NCBI GenBank assembly: GCA_965205865.1 | Contig: CBDBHR010000024.1 | Coordinates: 1-64,000 of the forward strand | Length of the DNA: 64,000 nucleotides | Source: a bacterium | Lineage (GTDB): Bacteria > SAR324 > NAC60-12 | Direction: 5' to 3' | Part shown: in pieces, positions 41,468 to 51,276 of the stretch | How the letters are laid out: each line of letters begins with the position of its first letter | How positions within the stretch are numbered: the first letter of the stretch is position 1 | Made by a program: the position numbers and the translations under genes | Notes under the pieces: model-generated | Told to the model about the DNA's origin: nothing | Database searches by the model: none | What the model saw: the letters and a program-made list of their open reading frames with translations, nothing else

Positions 41468-41755
41468 TTTTTTCCTTTCTGCTTTTTGATTAAAAACAAG
41501 ATTTAGGATTGATTTAAAACCTGCTTTCTCTCCCGAAAGCACGTTGTCGAGGATTTCTCTACCCATTGGGTCTCCTTCATTTTGGAGTGATCAAAAAACC
41601 GATTCATTGGCTCCAGGATTGGGCAATGAACCCTGACTTTTCAATTCTTTTGAGGATTTTCCATTTGCTGAAATGAACTTTGGTGTACTTTAAGGATCTC
41701 TCCCTGAAGACTTGAGTGTCCCCGTCGAGATGAGATAAGGGGGGACAGCCCAATG

Positions 41756-41932
41756 AACTTGGGATCTGGAAACTGGGAACTGGAAGCTTGTGAATTGGAA
41801 GCTTGTGAATTGGGGCTTGAAACTTGTTGCTTTGAGCTTGGGGCTTTGGCCTTGGAATTTGGGGCTTGGAACGAGGAACTGAGAGCTGGGTGCTTGTGAC
41901 TTAATACTGGGAACTGGGAACTGGGAACTGGG
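41756..41932 (-). repeat. Degenerate heptamer array (~25 units)
   Basis: CCCAGTT x3 then degenerate 7-mers on the minus strand. Confidence 0.9.
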
Positions 41933-41938
41933 TGTTTG

Positions 41939-41967
41939 ATCTTACTCTCATTTCAACCATTTGTCAA
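41939..41967 (-). promoter_or_regulatory. sigma70 promoter of SBP3
   Basis: TTGACA-17nt-TAAGAT. Confidence 0.75.
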
Positions 41968-42079
41968 TATTTTTTTATACTTGAAACGGGTTAATTTTAA
42001 AATCTGTGAAAATCTGTGCAATCTGCGGATAATCTGTTACATCATTGTATGTGTAAAAACTTTTGTTCATGTACTTAAT

Positions 42080-42385
42080 TTATATAATCGTTCTGCAAAT
42101 GATGGTCAAGGTTTTTTTGAATAGGCCGACTCATTCATTCAGGAGTGTATTCTGATGATCAACAAAAATACCTTTTCATATTGAAATACAGAAGTCAACA
42201 TTTTTGTTTGGCACTGTTCAATTCCCCGTTGACAGTTTCTAAAAATCCTCTGGTGATGATATGATGTTTCACATGACTTTCGGCTAAATAAATATGAGCG
42301 AAATTGAAATAAAACCTGCAGCCAAAGATGATTTCTCAAGAACTATCACAAAAGAAAACAAAAGACCAGCAGAAATGCTTTAACC
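42080..42385. repeat. Second copy of the AT-rich upstream block
   Basis: Aligns with 35746-36045. Confidence 0.88.
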
Positions 42386-42650
42386 CTCTTTGAGGCCTCA
42401 GAGGGGGTGAAGGCCTCTTTTGATCGTTGGCTCTCTTGTGAAAAACATGATGCCCTGAGGAAGGCCGCGACTTGTTTTCCTTCCCCCTCACAAGCCTGAA
42501 CTTTGCGATTGGCACCGCAGAAAAACTCGACAGAATAGACAAATTTTCTCAAAATCAACGATTCTCTCCAAAAAGGCATTCCCTCACCCAATTGAGATCA
42601 GTGCCTTACCAAGGAAGAAAAAGCAGCCGATGAGGAAACAATTTCCACTA

Positions 42651-43819
42651 GTGTGTCGCTCTTTTATTAATGTGTAAAAAAATCCTTGGTTTGCTATACT
42701 ACGAGCTGTCCTTTTTTTTGCATATATGGAGACAGCATGAGAAAAGCACCAAGTATAAAACTGACCCGGGAAGAACGGGATGAATTGGGCAAAACCGCAC
42801 GCCGTCATACCGGAGCGATGCGAGACACTCGTCGTGCGCGCATCATCCTGTTGGCTGCTGATGGCCTTAAGAATCAAGAAATTGCCAAAACGCTTGGAAC
42901 CAGCGGTAATGCCGTTGGAAAGTGGCGACGGCGCTTTGTTGAAAAAGGAATAACAGGTCTCAATGATGATCCGCGGCCTGGCAGGACACGCATTTATGGA
43001 GCGGATAAAATCGAGGAGATTGTGAAGAAAACCATTGAAGAGAAGCCTGAGGACCGTACCCATTGGAGCACGCGATCGATGGCCAAGGCAGTTGGCGTAG
43101 GCAAGACAACCGTCGGTAAAGTATGGAAGGCCCATCGCCTCAAGCCTCATCTGGAAAAAACATTTAAGTTGTCGCATGATAAGCATTTCACTGCGAAACT
43201 GAAAGATGTCATCGGTTTGTACATGAATCCTCCTGAGAAAGCGCTGGTCTTGAGCGTCGATGAGAAATCACAAATCCAGGCACTCGATCGCACCCAGCCA
43301 GGTCTGCCACTGAAACCAGGGCGCAATGGCACCAGAACTCATGATTATATCCGTCATGGCACCTGCTGTCTGTTTCTGCTTTGAATACGCAACAGGGATG
43401 CTCGCTCGCTGTGAAAAACGGCACCGACACCAAGAGTATCTGCGCTTCCTGCGTCTTATTCAAGACTACCTCGAAGCAACTGCAGGTAACTTGATCCTGG
43501 ACAATTACGCCACCCACAAACATCTTAAGGTGAAAGAATGGCTCAAAAAAACCCGCGATTTCACCCGCATTTCATTCCTACTTCCTCCTCATGGCTGAAC
43601 ATGGTGGAACGCTTTTTTGGCAAGATCACTGCAGAACGGATTCGACGAGGCGCCTTCAAAAGCGTGCTCGATTGACCGAAGCCATCCATAGTTACATCGA
43701 GACACACAATCGCAACCCAAAACCCTATGTCTGGACTAAAACTGCCGAAGAAATTATCAACAAACTCAAACCTGTCTACCAAATGACCAATAATACAATG
43801 TATTAAACAGGCAATACAC
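42651..43819 (+). mobile_element. IS630-family element, copy 3 (transposase 42737-43806, frameshifted)
   Basis: Both ends intact, TA duplicated (42649-42650, 43820-43821), CTAG target. Multiple 1-2 nt deletions at ~43370-43675. Confidence 0.93.
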
Positions 43820-43997
43820 TAGGGAAACCCTCTTTGCTTTCCTGGAGCACCTGAGGGAGGAGGTCAAATCCTCCGTGAGGCGCCTTCCTCCCGTGACTAT
43901 TTTGAAAAGAGAACCCTTTGATCAAGATTGAAAATCGTTCTTCTTTTGTCGGGTGATGGCTCACTTTTCAGGAGCGATTGAGTTGAGATTGAAGCTG

Positions 43998-44520
43998 TTA
44001 AAGCAGGCGCTGTAGCTCTTCTTTCCTTTTTCGAATCAACTCTTCTTGAGGAGTCATCTCTTGTTTGAGAAAGTTATGAGTCATGTGGATTTGACCAATC
44101 AGTTTTCCTTTTTCCAGACCTTCTTCTCGACCTTCTTCCAAACCTTGTGATTTTCCGATTTGGATCAGTTCTTTTCCGGCGACGGTTTCCTCCAATGGGG
44201 TCAATTTAAGCATGTTTTCTATCTCCTTTATCGTCAATTGAGAAAACTTCTCTACAATAGCTTAGTACTCTGTCAACGTTATGAAATCAGGGGACACGTA
44301 ACAAAAAAGTACATGTCCCCCAATTTTCAACCCGACAATAGTTGAGTGACAGGGTAATAGGTTAACAACTCGATCAAATGTCTTTTCTCAGAATCCCCTG
44401 AATCGAACCTCTCCAGCGTGTTTTTCCATTGAGGTATTTTTTCTTCCAATTCTTCTCGACTCTCCAGGACAAAAGGTTCCAAAACCATCAGCGCTTGTGA
44501 GGTTGGGTCCTGTGCTTTTC
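43998..44520 (-). pseudogene. C-terminal remnant of a DUF2887/Rpn-like protein, interrupted by a GGGGACA..TGTCCCC hairpin at ~44285-44327
   Basis: TIKEIENML.LTPLEETVAGKELI..G.EEG.EEG.EKG; upstream frame VLEPFVLESREELEEKIPQW. Confidence 0.55.
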
Positions 44521-44573
44521 ATGAAGTTTTGTGGCAGACTGTCAGTTCATCTCTACTACATTGGTCATGATCA

Positions 44574-44602
44574 GGTGGACGCAAGTGACCTTGACGTTGG
44601 CT
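44574..44602 (+). other. 3' half (L'/R') of an attC site at the start of the Uma2 cassette
   Basis: GGTGGACGCAAGTGACCTTGACGTTGGCT closely matches the L'-R' arm of the 4646-4768 attC (GGTGGGCGCAGGTGAGCTTGACGTTGGGC). Confidence 0.75.
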
Positions 44603-44734
44603 GGCGAATGGGATGCTGACCATTGTAATCAGCATAAACAAAATGGAATTTTCAAATATTGAACAAAGATTGGGAATCTGGTACAATATCTGGTACAACA
44701 AAAGAAAAATTTAAAAACTCTAAAAAGAGGTCTT

Positions 44735-45211
44735 ATGAATTGGAAAGAGGTATGCGCAGATCCTAATTTAAGCGATTTACCGTACAAAATTGAACTCAAT
44801 GAAAGAGGACAAATTCTTATGAGTCCAGCTAGGCTTTTACATTCACTCTATCAAGCAAAAATTATTAAATTGCTAATAAAATTGATTGATCATGGTGAAG
44901 TCATCCCAGAGTTTGCTATCGCCACAGAGAAAGGGACAAAAGTACCTGATGTTGTCTGGTGCTCAGAAGAATTACTCAATCAGGTGAAGTATGATCCTGA
45001 AAGTTCAATAGCCCCTGAGTTATGTATTGAGGTTCTCTCACCTACGAACACAGACAATGAAATCGATGAAAAAAGAAATCTCTATTTCAGTTTAGGGGCT
45101 AAGGAAGTCTGGATATGTGATGAAAAAGGAGAAGTGCAATTTTACAATAAGGCTGGAAAAATAAAAAACTCAAATATGTGTCCTCCTTTCCCTGATTTAG
45201 TTAAAGTCTAG
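44735..45211 (+). CDS. Uma2-family (PDDEXK) endonuclease; integron cassette gene
   Basis: ELNERGQILMSP...HS, VPDV, APELCIEVLSP and YF..GAKEVW motifs. Confidence 0.9.
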   Translation: MNWKEVCADPNLSDLPYKIELNERGQILMSPARLLHSLYQAKIIKLLIKLIDHGEVIPEFAIATEKGTKVPDVVWCSEELLNQVKYDPESSIAPELCIEVLSPTNTDNEIDEKRNLYFSLGAKEVWICDEKGEVQFYNKAGKIKNSNMCPPFPDLVKV

Positions 45212-45218
45212 CCCCCTC

Positions 45219-46040
45219 AGCCAATCGGGATAGGAAGGGGTTTTTCTCCCGTCCCTCCCACACCACCCCGCATACGGGTCCGTACGGGGCGATTCCCAAA
45301 GAGTGTCGGGCCGTAGCCGGACCAGATTTGCAACCACAAACCTGTACGTTTATTCGTCCCACAACGCACCTATTTTAATCATCTCCACCGGTCGGCTTCA
45401 TCAATGTACAGAGCATATGGGATAGAGCGTTCTCTTGGGTTCGGGCCTTCACTCTCCAGGAGCTACTATGCCCTCGGCTGACTTCTGACCGCCTTCGTTG
45501 CCGATTACTCGACACCGCGCTACCTGAGACAAACGAGAAGAAGGAGAGTGATGCGCAAGAGAGGAATTAACCGCTCCTGGCTCTTCTAGTCTTCATCTCA
45601 CTATCTCCGACCGCATCACGATCAGATCTCCCCGGGTAAGAGCATGAACTTTCCCTACACAATCGCAGCATTTACCATCCTCCTTAATCCGAGTGGACAT
45701 CGCAATGTCGTGCTTGCTCGCCCCGAAGTTCAGCCTTATATGCTGTTTCTGTCCGTCGACTCGTAGGTTTGCGCTTAGGCTTCCTCCGCACGGCTCGTCA
45801 CCTCCCCGCACTTGCCCTCGGCTAGTACTTTTTAAAGTTGTAATCATAAGCTGACTAGTATACTTTTCGGATAATGTACAGGGGACTCACACCCCATAAG
45901 TTCATGCCCATGCCGGGCACACACAAGCCGCATGCAGCAGACGTCCACTACTCACTTTGACTCCGTGGATTGAGTAAAGTTTTACCGTCATCGTCGCAAT
46001 GTTTTATGGGTGGACGCTGCTGATGACTTAATTGTTAAAT
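45219..46040 (+). other. attC site of the Uma2 cassette, split by a group II intron (45219-45223 + 45923-46040)
   Basis: Intron removal gives R'' AGCCAAC, arms CATGCAGCAGACGTCCAC / GTGGACGCTGCTGATG with two unpaired bases, and R' GTTAAAT. Confidence 0.85.
45224..45922 (-). ncRNA. Group IIC-attC intron, ORF-less
   Basis: 5' end GTGTGCCCGGCATGGGC. IIC-type domain V GAATCGCCCCGTACGGACCCGTATGCGGGGTGGTGTGGGAGG. Domain VI ends CCCGAT. Inserted at TTGT|T on the attC bottom strand. Confidence 0.88.
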
Positions 46041-46097
46041 GCTCTGTTCACAGACAAAATTTCTTATTTATTCCCCTCTAATCCAGTAATATTATTT

Positions 46098-46126
46098 TTG
46101 ACAAAATGCACACGATGTATTACTAT
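46098..46126 (+). promoter_or_regulatory. sigma70 promoter of the TA cassette
   Basis: TTGACA-17nt-TACTAT, 6 nt before the ATG. Confidence 0.7.
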
Positions 46127-46132
46127 TAGGTT

Positions 46133-46414
46133 ATGAAAGATTTTGAATGGAACAAAGAGAAAAATGAATGGCTAAAGGAACAGCGGGACATTTCTTTTGA
46201 AGAGATTGTTTACTTTATTGAGAATGGAAGTTTGCTTGATAGTTATGAGCATCCCAATAAAAAGAAATATCCGAGACAATCAATATTTGTTGTTCAAACA
46301 GATTCTTATATTTATTTAGTTCCTTACGTTGAAGAAGATGCCTATTATTTTCTGAAGACAATCATTCCCAACAGTGAAGCAAAAAAGAAATATATGGAGG
46401 AGAACAATGAGTAA
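46133..46414 (+). CDS. BrnT-like toxin
   Basis: FEWNKEKNEWLK..R.ISFEE, HPN...YP.Q and FLKTIIP motifs. Confidence 0.85.
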   Translation: MKDFEWNKEKNEWLKEQRDISFEEIVYFIENGSLLDSYEHPNKKKYPRQSIFVVQTDSYIYLVPYVEEDAYYFLKTIIPNSEAKKKYMEENNE

Positions 46415-46676
46415 AAAAAATTACAAGTTCGATGCCCAAGAGCAAGCAATTCTTGATTCTTTCAATCGTGGAGAATGGGTATCAAAAGGCGAAAACCTGG
46501 ATAAATACAAAGAGGTGGCAAAGAAAACCTTCGCAAAAACGCATCGGATCAATTTTCGCGTGAGTGAAAAAGATTTTAGAGGAATTCAAGTTAAAGCTAG
46601 AGAGGAAGGAATCCCCTACCAAACCTTAGTATCCAGCGTGGTTCACAAGTATTTAACAGGTCAATTGAAACAATAG
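46407..46676 (+). CDS. Cognate antitoxin (CopG/BrnA-like)
   Basis: RINFRVSEKD...IQVKAREEGIPYQTLVSSVVHKY. Confidence 0.85.
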   Translation: MSKKNYKFDAQEQAILDSFNRGEWVSKGENLDKYKEVAKKTFAKTHRINFRVSEKDFRGIQVKAREEGIPYQTLVSSVVHKYLTGQLKQ

Positions 46677-46684
46677 ATTGACGC

Positions 46685-47945
46685 CATAGGTGTTCGGGAT
46701 TTTAGATCTCATGCAGCCTTTTTAAGCTCTAGGGTTTGATCGATAGGGCTTTTCGAGGTTGTTTGCCTGAGAGTTTCGAGTTCCTCGGTCAAGATTCGTT
46801 TCAGTCGCATTAACGAAGTTTCTCTGTGTTTGTAATTGGGGTCGTAGATCACATCGGCAAAAAGAAGAATTTTCCAGAGTAAGTTCTCGAATGCCTGTGG
46901 AGCAGGCTCTAGAAAAAACGGACAAAATCTTCGGCTAATAAGGCCGCGATTTTTGCGATCCGTTGAAAGGAAATCGCCAATTTCTTTTCTGGCTTGAGTT
47001 GAGCTTGTCCGATATGCAGAATTGAAGAGGAGGCGAGATGCCCGGCCAGAGAAGCCAAGAGCAGGTTTTGAATAATATAAGGATTGTTCGAGGTCATGCG
47101 CTCGGCATTCAAGGAGGATTTGTTCGATTTAAAAATCAGTTCCACTTGCCACCTCAAACGATACAGGGGGTAGAGGAGGGCAGCGGGAACCTTTAAATTG
47201 GTTAAGTAAAAGTGGTTGTGGCGTTGGCTCTTATTCCAGAAACCGATCGCCCGACAGCTCAACAGTTGCTCTTGATGGAGTTTCTCGATACGAACCTCAA
47301 TGAGGTCTTGACGCTTTTTACGAAAAGGAATGCTCATCAAGTCCTTACCGATCCGTTCCAGAGGGTAAAGCTCGTCGAATCGACTAACTGAATGCTGCTC
47401 ACGCCCAACTCTTTGAGCAGCTGCGAGCCATAACCGGCTCTTTGGCACAGGTGGCTCATCAAGTGCGAAACCGTCTCCAGCAGCAAGGTGTTCAGTCGTT
47501 TGCGCGAGAGGCGTTCCCAGAAGGCACTGCGGCTGATGTCATCTCCTAAATGCTTTTTCATCAGGCGCCGCAAGCTTTCCAGCGACGGGAGTTTGGTATC
47601 GAGTTGAAAACAGAACATCAAGTTGACGACAAAATCGTAGGGACTGATTTCAGTCCGCTTGTCCTGAGAGGGAAGAATGCGTTGAAGCACTTGTTTCATA
47701 GTGCTAAGAATGTTAATTTCTTTCATGGTGGTCTCCTGCTGATCGGGAGTGGAAACTCCCTTGGTTTTGGTATTTCAGCAAGGATACCGTCTTCAATGTC
47801 AATAGGCTATTGAAATGATGATGCGAAAAACTCCGAATACCTCTGATTCCGGAATGTAATTAACCAGTTAGGAAACTGACAGAATATTGCTACCAAATCT
47901 TTGTATATAACTGAAATTATTGAATTTAAATCCAGAACACCTATG
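46685..47945 (-). mobile_element. IS4-family element with internally deleted transposase (fragments 47337-47726 and 46909-~47360)
   Basis: TIRs CATAGGTGTTCGGGATTT / AAATCCAGAACACCTATG; VDST, YLTNL and YRLRWQVELIFK motifs. Confidence 0.85.
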
Positions 47946-48235
47946 AGGTTGGAAGTTTATCATTTTTATGTTGGCTCACTGGAATTCCCTCAAAACCGGT
48001 GATCACAGACGTTATACATTGAGACCTGGACTAGAATGTGGGGAAGGTGAACAGACTGGAGAATGAGGATGAGTGAAGCGCAAAAGATTGATCTCATCAC
48101 GCATTAAGCGTCCTGGAAGGATGGCATAGGACTTGACATCTTTCAGGGGAGGTGATAGAGATAGAGTGCATTCTTGAGGAGCATCCTAGTGGTTTAAAAC
48201 AGTGCGATAAGAAGGACCTGATAGCAAATCTCAGC

Positions 48236-49258
48236 ATGGAAAAAGAGGGATGGATCGATGGTATGCCTCGTGATGAGCGGGGATTCTGGCACCCTGACAG
48301 AGGGACAGGCCCCCCCTAGTCCTTTGTTTGCCTGGCCACCCAAGCCCCTCGCGGCTTTCAAATACCTGTTTCGTTTCCCGGGTTACCTGTATCCGTGGCA
48401 AATCCTCTATTTTGGCCTCGCCACGGTCACGTGGCTCTACTTCCTGCCCGCCTTATCCCGCTGTGTCACCTTCCAACCAAGCTGGATCCTGGAGATGTTT
48501 GTCCGCAACCTCGTGCTGCTGGTCCTCATCTTTGGTGCCTGGCACTACTGGCTTTGGTCGCGAAAGTCCCAGGGGCTCCAGTACAAATACAACGCCGAGT
48601 GGCTGGAGACGGGAAAGCGGAAGTTCCTCTGGGGAGACCAGCTGCGCGACAACATCTTCTGGTGTTGTGTCAGCGCGGTTCCGATCTGGACGGCGTATGA
48701 AGTGCTGATGATGTGGGCCTACGCCAACGAGATGCTGCCCTACATCGATCCGCGAGAAGAGCCGGTCTACTTTATCGTGCTGCTTGTCTGTATACCTATC
48801 ATTCGACTCTTCCACTTCTACTGGGTCCATCGTCTCTTGCACTGGCCCCCCCCCTCTTCAAAAGGATACACTACATCCATCACAAAAACATCAACCCCGG
48901 GCCCTGGTCCACTCTTGCCGCGCATCCGATTGAGCACATTATTCTCTTCAGCAGTGTGCTGATTCACTGGATCGTGCCCTCGCATCCCATCCACGTGCTG
49001 ATGAACATGCATCACAACACCATCAACGCGCATCATGGGCATCTCGGCTTCCAGAAGCTGGTCCTCAAGGGAAACCTCCAGGTTGGCGGTGCCAGCAGTT
49101 ATTTTCATCATCTGCATCACCGTTACTTCGAGTGCAATTACGGAGAAACCGTCGTGCCGTTGGATCATTGGTTCGGGACCTATCACAATGGCTCTCCCGA
49201 GGCCCACGAAGCGATCCTGAAGAAGCAAGCCCAGAAAAACATGAGGCATAGTGCCTAG
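48236..49258 (+). CDS. Sterol desaturase / fatty-acid hydroxylase family protein with two poly-C frameshifts
   Basis: His boxes HRLLH, HYIHH and FHHLHH. Frame breaks at C7 (48310-48316) and C9 (48846-48854). Confidence 0.85.
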
Positions 49259-49424
49259 AATGCAGGAATCGACTGAAACGGATGTTTGACTAGGGGCTCC
49301 TTTTGTCCGCTTACCAGATTTACGTTTCCTCTATTCTCCAGCGGGTCTTCCGTTTCCGGCAAAAAATTCCCTCCCACCCACTTGGGGCAGGAGGGAGGAA
49401 CAGGGGCGAGTTTCGAAGGAATGC

Positions 49425-51206
49425 CTAGAAGCCCATTTCTTTCTTCAGCTCCTGGTCAATCCAGAGTCGGGAGAACACCACGGTGCGGTCACTGTCGCCA
49501 ATATCGCTTTCCCCGTTGTAGCCTTTGACCCAGGGCTGGTGGGCGTGAAATTGGGGAACCCTCCCGCCCCAGAGGATCCAGTGGTTTTTTGTGGCATACA
49601 TGTCTGCCTCTCTAACCAGTCGCTGGTGCTCCTCAAGGGTGGTGGCGTTTTGCGCCGCTGCCCACAAACGGTCCATCTCGGGGTCCTGGGCACCGGTGGG
49701 GTTCCATCCGCTGGTCGAGACAAACTGGAGCAGCGCGGAGGGGTGATTTTCGTAGCCTGAGATATAGCTGATCAGACCGTCGTATTCGTGCTCACGAACA
49801 CGCGCGGCCCAATTGGCCCCATCCGTATTGATCATCTTGACCTCCACGCCAATTCTACCGAAGAACTCGATTGCCAATTCGAAGTAGCTATGATCCCAAA
49901 CCGAGATCGGCTCAAGCGTGGTCGAGAAGCGAATGCCGTCCGAGCCGCGCGGATAACCGGCCTCATCCAGGAGTTTTTCAGCCCCTGCCGGGTCATATCG
50001 ATAGAACTGCTTGATCTCCTCCGGCCACTGCTCGAAGGGCGTGACATAGCCGACCATAGCGGGCCCGAGGAATCCCTGGGGTGTGATGTCCGCCCAGCCC
50101 TGCCAGTAGGTTTTGTTGATCGTCTCCAGGTCGAGTGCCATCTGCAGCGCATGACGAACCCGGATGTTGTTCATCGGTGTCTTTCTCTGGTTCAGACCGA
50201 ACGACGTCTCCGAGCGGTACGAGTAGGGTGACAGCACGATGTCGGGGTTGGTCCGCTTGAGGCTCTCTGACTGGTCGATGTTGCTGATCTGCGAGTTGCC
50301 TAATATGGCGTTGACCTCGATGCGACCCGAGCGCAGCGCCGCCAGTCTGGTCGCCGGTTCCAGCAAGACCAGAGCCCGCAACTTGTCTATATACGGTAAG
50401 CGGTTCTGCGGATACTTTTCATCGAAGCCCCAGTAGTCGGGATTCTTTTCCCAGCTGATGGAACTGCCTTCGACCCAGTCAGTCAGCATCATGGGGCCGG
50501 TGCCAACCAGGTTGCGCCAGTCCTGCACGTTGCCATGCGCCTCGATGACCTCGGGCGGATAGACATAGTTGAGGCTGGCGACAAGAATCGTCTTGAGGGC
50601 ATCGAAGTTTAGCTTACCCAGTCGAAAGACGACGGTCGATCCTTCGGCTGTTACCGATTTGAAGTCAACATCTTTGATCGACGAGTGGTTCGCGGCTCCT
50701 GCAGTCATCTCGGTAAAACCGCTACCAAGGCCCAGCTGACGTTGAAAGTTGTATTCGACATCCTTGGGGGTCAAGGCCCTTCCGTTCATCGGGGTCTTGT
50801 TATGCCAGTGCACCCCCTGGCGGATGTGGAAGATATAGGTCAGCGGGTCGGGGATCTCCCAGCTTTCAGCCAGTTGGCCTCTGATAATCTCCGCGGGGAT
50901 GTACGTCGTTCTGAAGTTGAACACGTCACGGTCGACTGCCCAGTCCCCGATGCCAAGCTTCTCAACAACGCCGGAGGCGGCTAACGGCGCGGATCCTCGG
51001 TCCGCAGTGTCGGGGGTTTCCGGTTCAACGGTCAGCGCATAGGTGAGCGTCCCGCCGTACTCAGGTGCTGTCACCATCTTGCCGGTGCTGGGATCTTTGA
51101 CCATCTTTTTCTCAGCCGCAACGGCCGGGCCCATCCAAAAGGCAAACGCACCCAGGATGAAGGCCAGCAGCAGGGCTTGGATTGTTCTGGTTTTGCTTTT
51201 TTCCAT
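49425..51206 (-). CDS. Peptide/nickel ABC substrate-binding protein (SBP4)
   Basis: Same motif set as the other SBPs. Confidence 0.95.
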   Translation of the reverse strand: MEKSKTRTIQALLLAFILGAFAFWMGPAVAAEKKMVKDPSTGKMVTAPEYGGTLTYALTVEPETPDTADRGSAPLAASGVVEKLGIGDWAVDRDVFNFRTTYIPAEIIRGQLAESWEIPDPLTYIFHIRQGVHWHNKTPMNGRALTPKDVEYNFQRQLGLGSGFTEMTAGAANHSSIKDVDFKSVTAEGSTVVFRLGKLNFDALKTILVASLNYVYPPEVIEAHGNVQDWRNLVGTGPMMLTDWVEGSSISWEKNPDYWGFDEKYPQNRLPYIDKLRALVLLEPATRLAALRSGRIEVNAILGNSQISNIDQSESLKRTNPDIVLSPYSYRSETSFGLNQRKTPMNNIRVRHALQMALDLETINKTYWQGWADITPQGFLGPAMVGYVTPFEQWPEEIKQFYRYDPAGAEKLLDEAGYPRGSDGIRFSTTLEPISVWDHSYFELAIEFFGRIGVEVKMINTDGANWAARVREHEYDGLISYISGYENHPSALLQFVSTSGWNPTGAQDPEMDRLWAAAQNATTLEEHQRLVREADMYATKNHWILWGGRVPQFHAHQPWVKGYNGESDIGDSDRTVVFSRLWIDQELKKEMGF

Positions 51207-51276
51207 GATTCCTCCGCTTTCGTTTAGATTTTGGTTTTGATTCATTCGACGTCTCATGATTTCTCCTTTATCAATA

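Noticed and set aside
41690-41745. SBP leader as a known riboswitch (FMN-like TCTTCAGGG, SAM-I-like CTTATC, glycine-like GGAGAG)
   Set aside because: Only short seeds match; the remaining conserved cores of those aptamers are absent.
46651-46657. ATTTAAC as the R'' of the TA cassette
   Set aside because: It lies inside the antitoxin CDS and no L boxes follow before IS4; may be chance.
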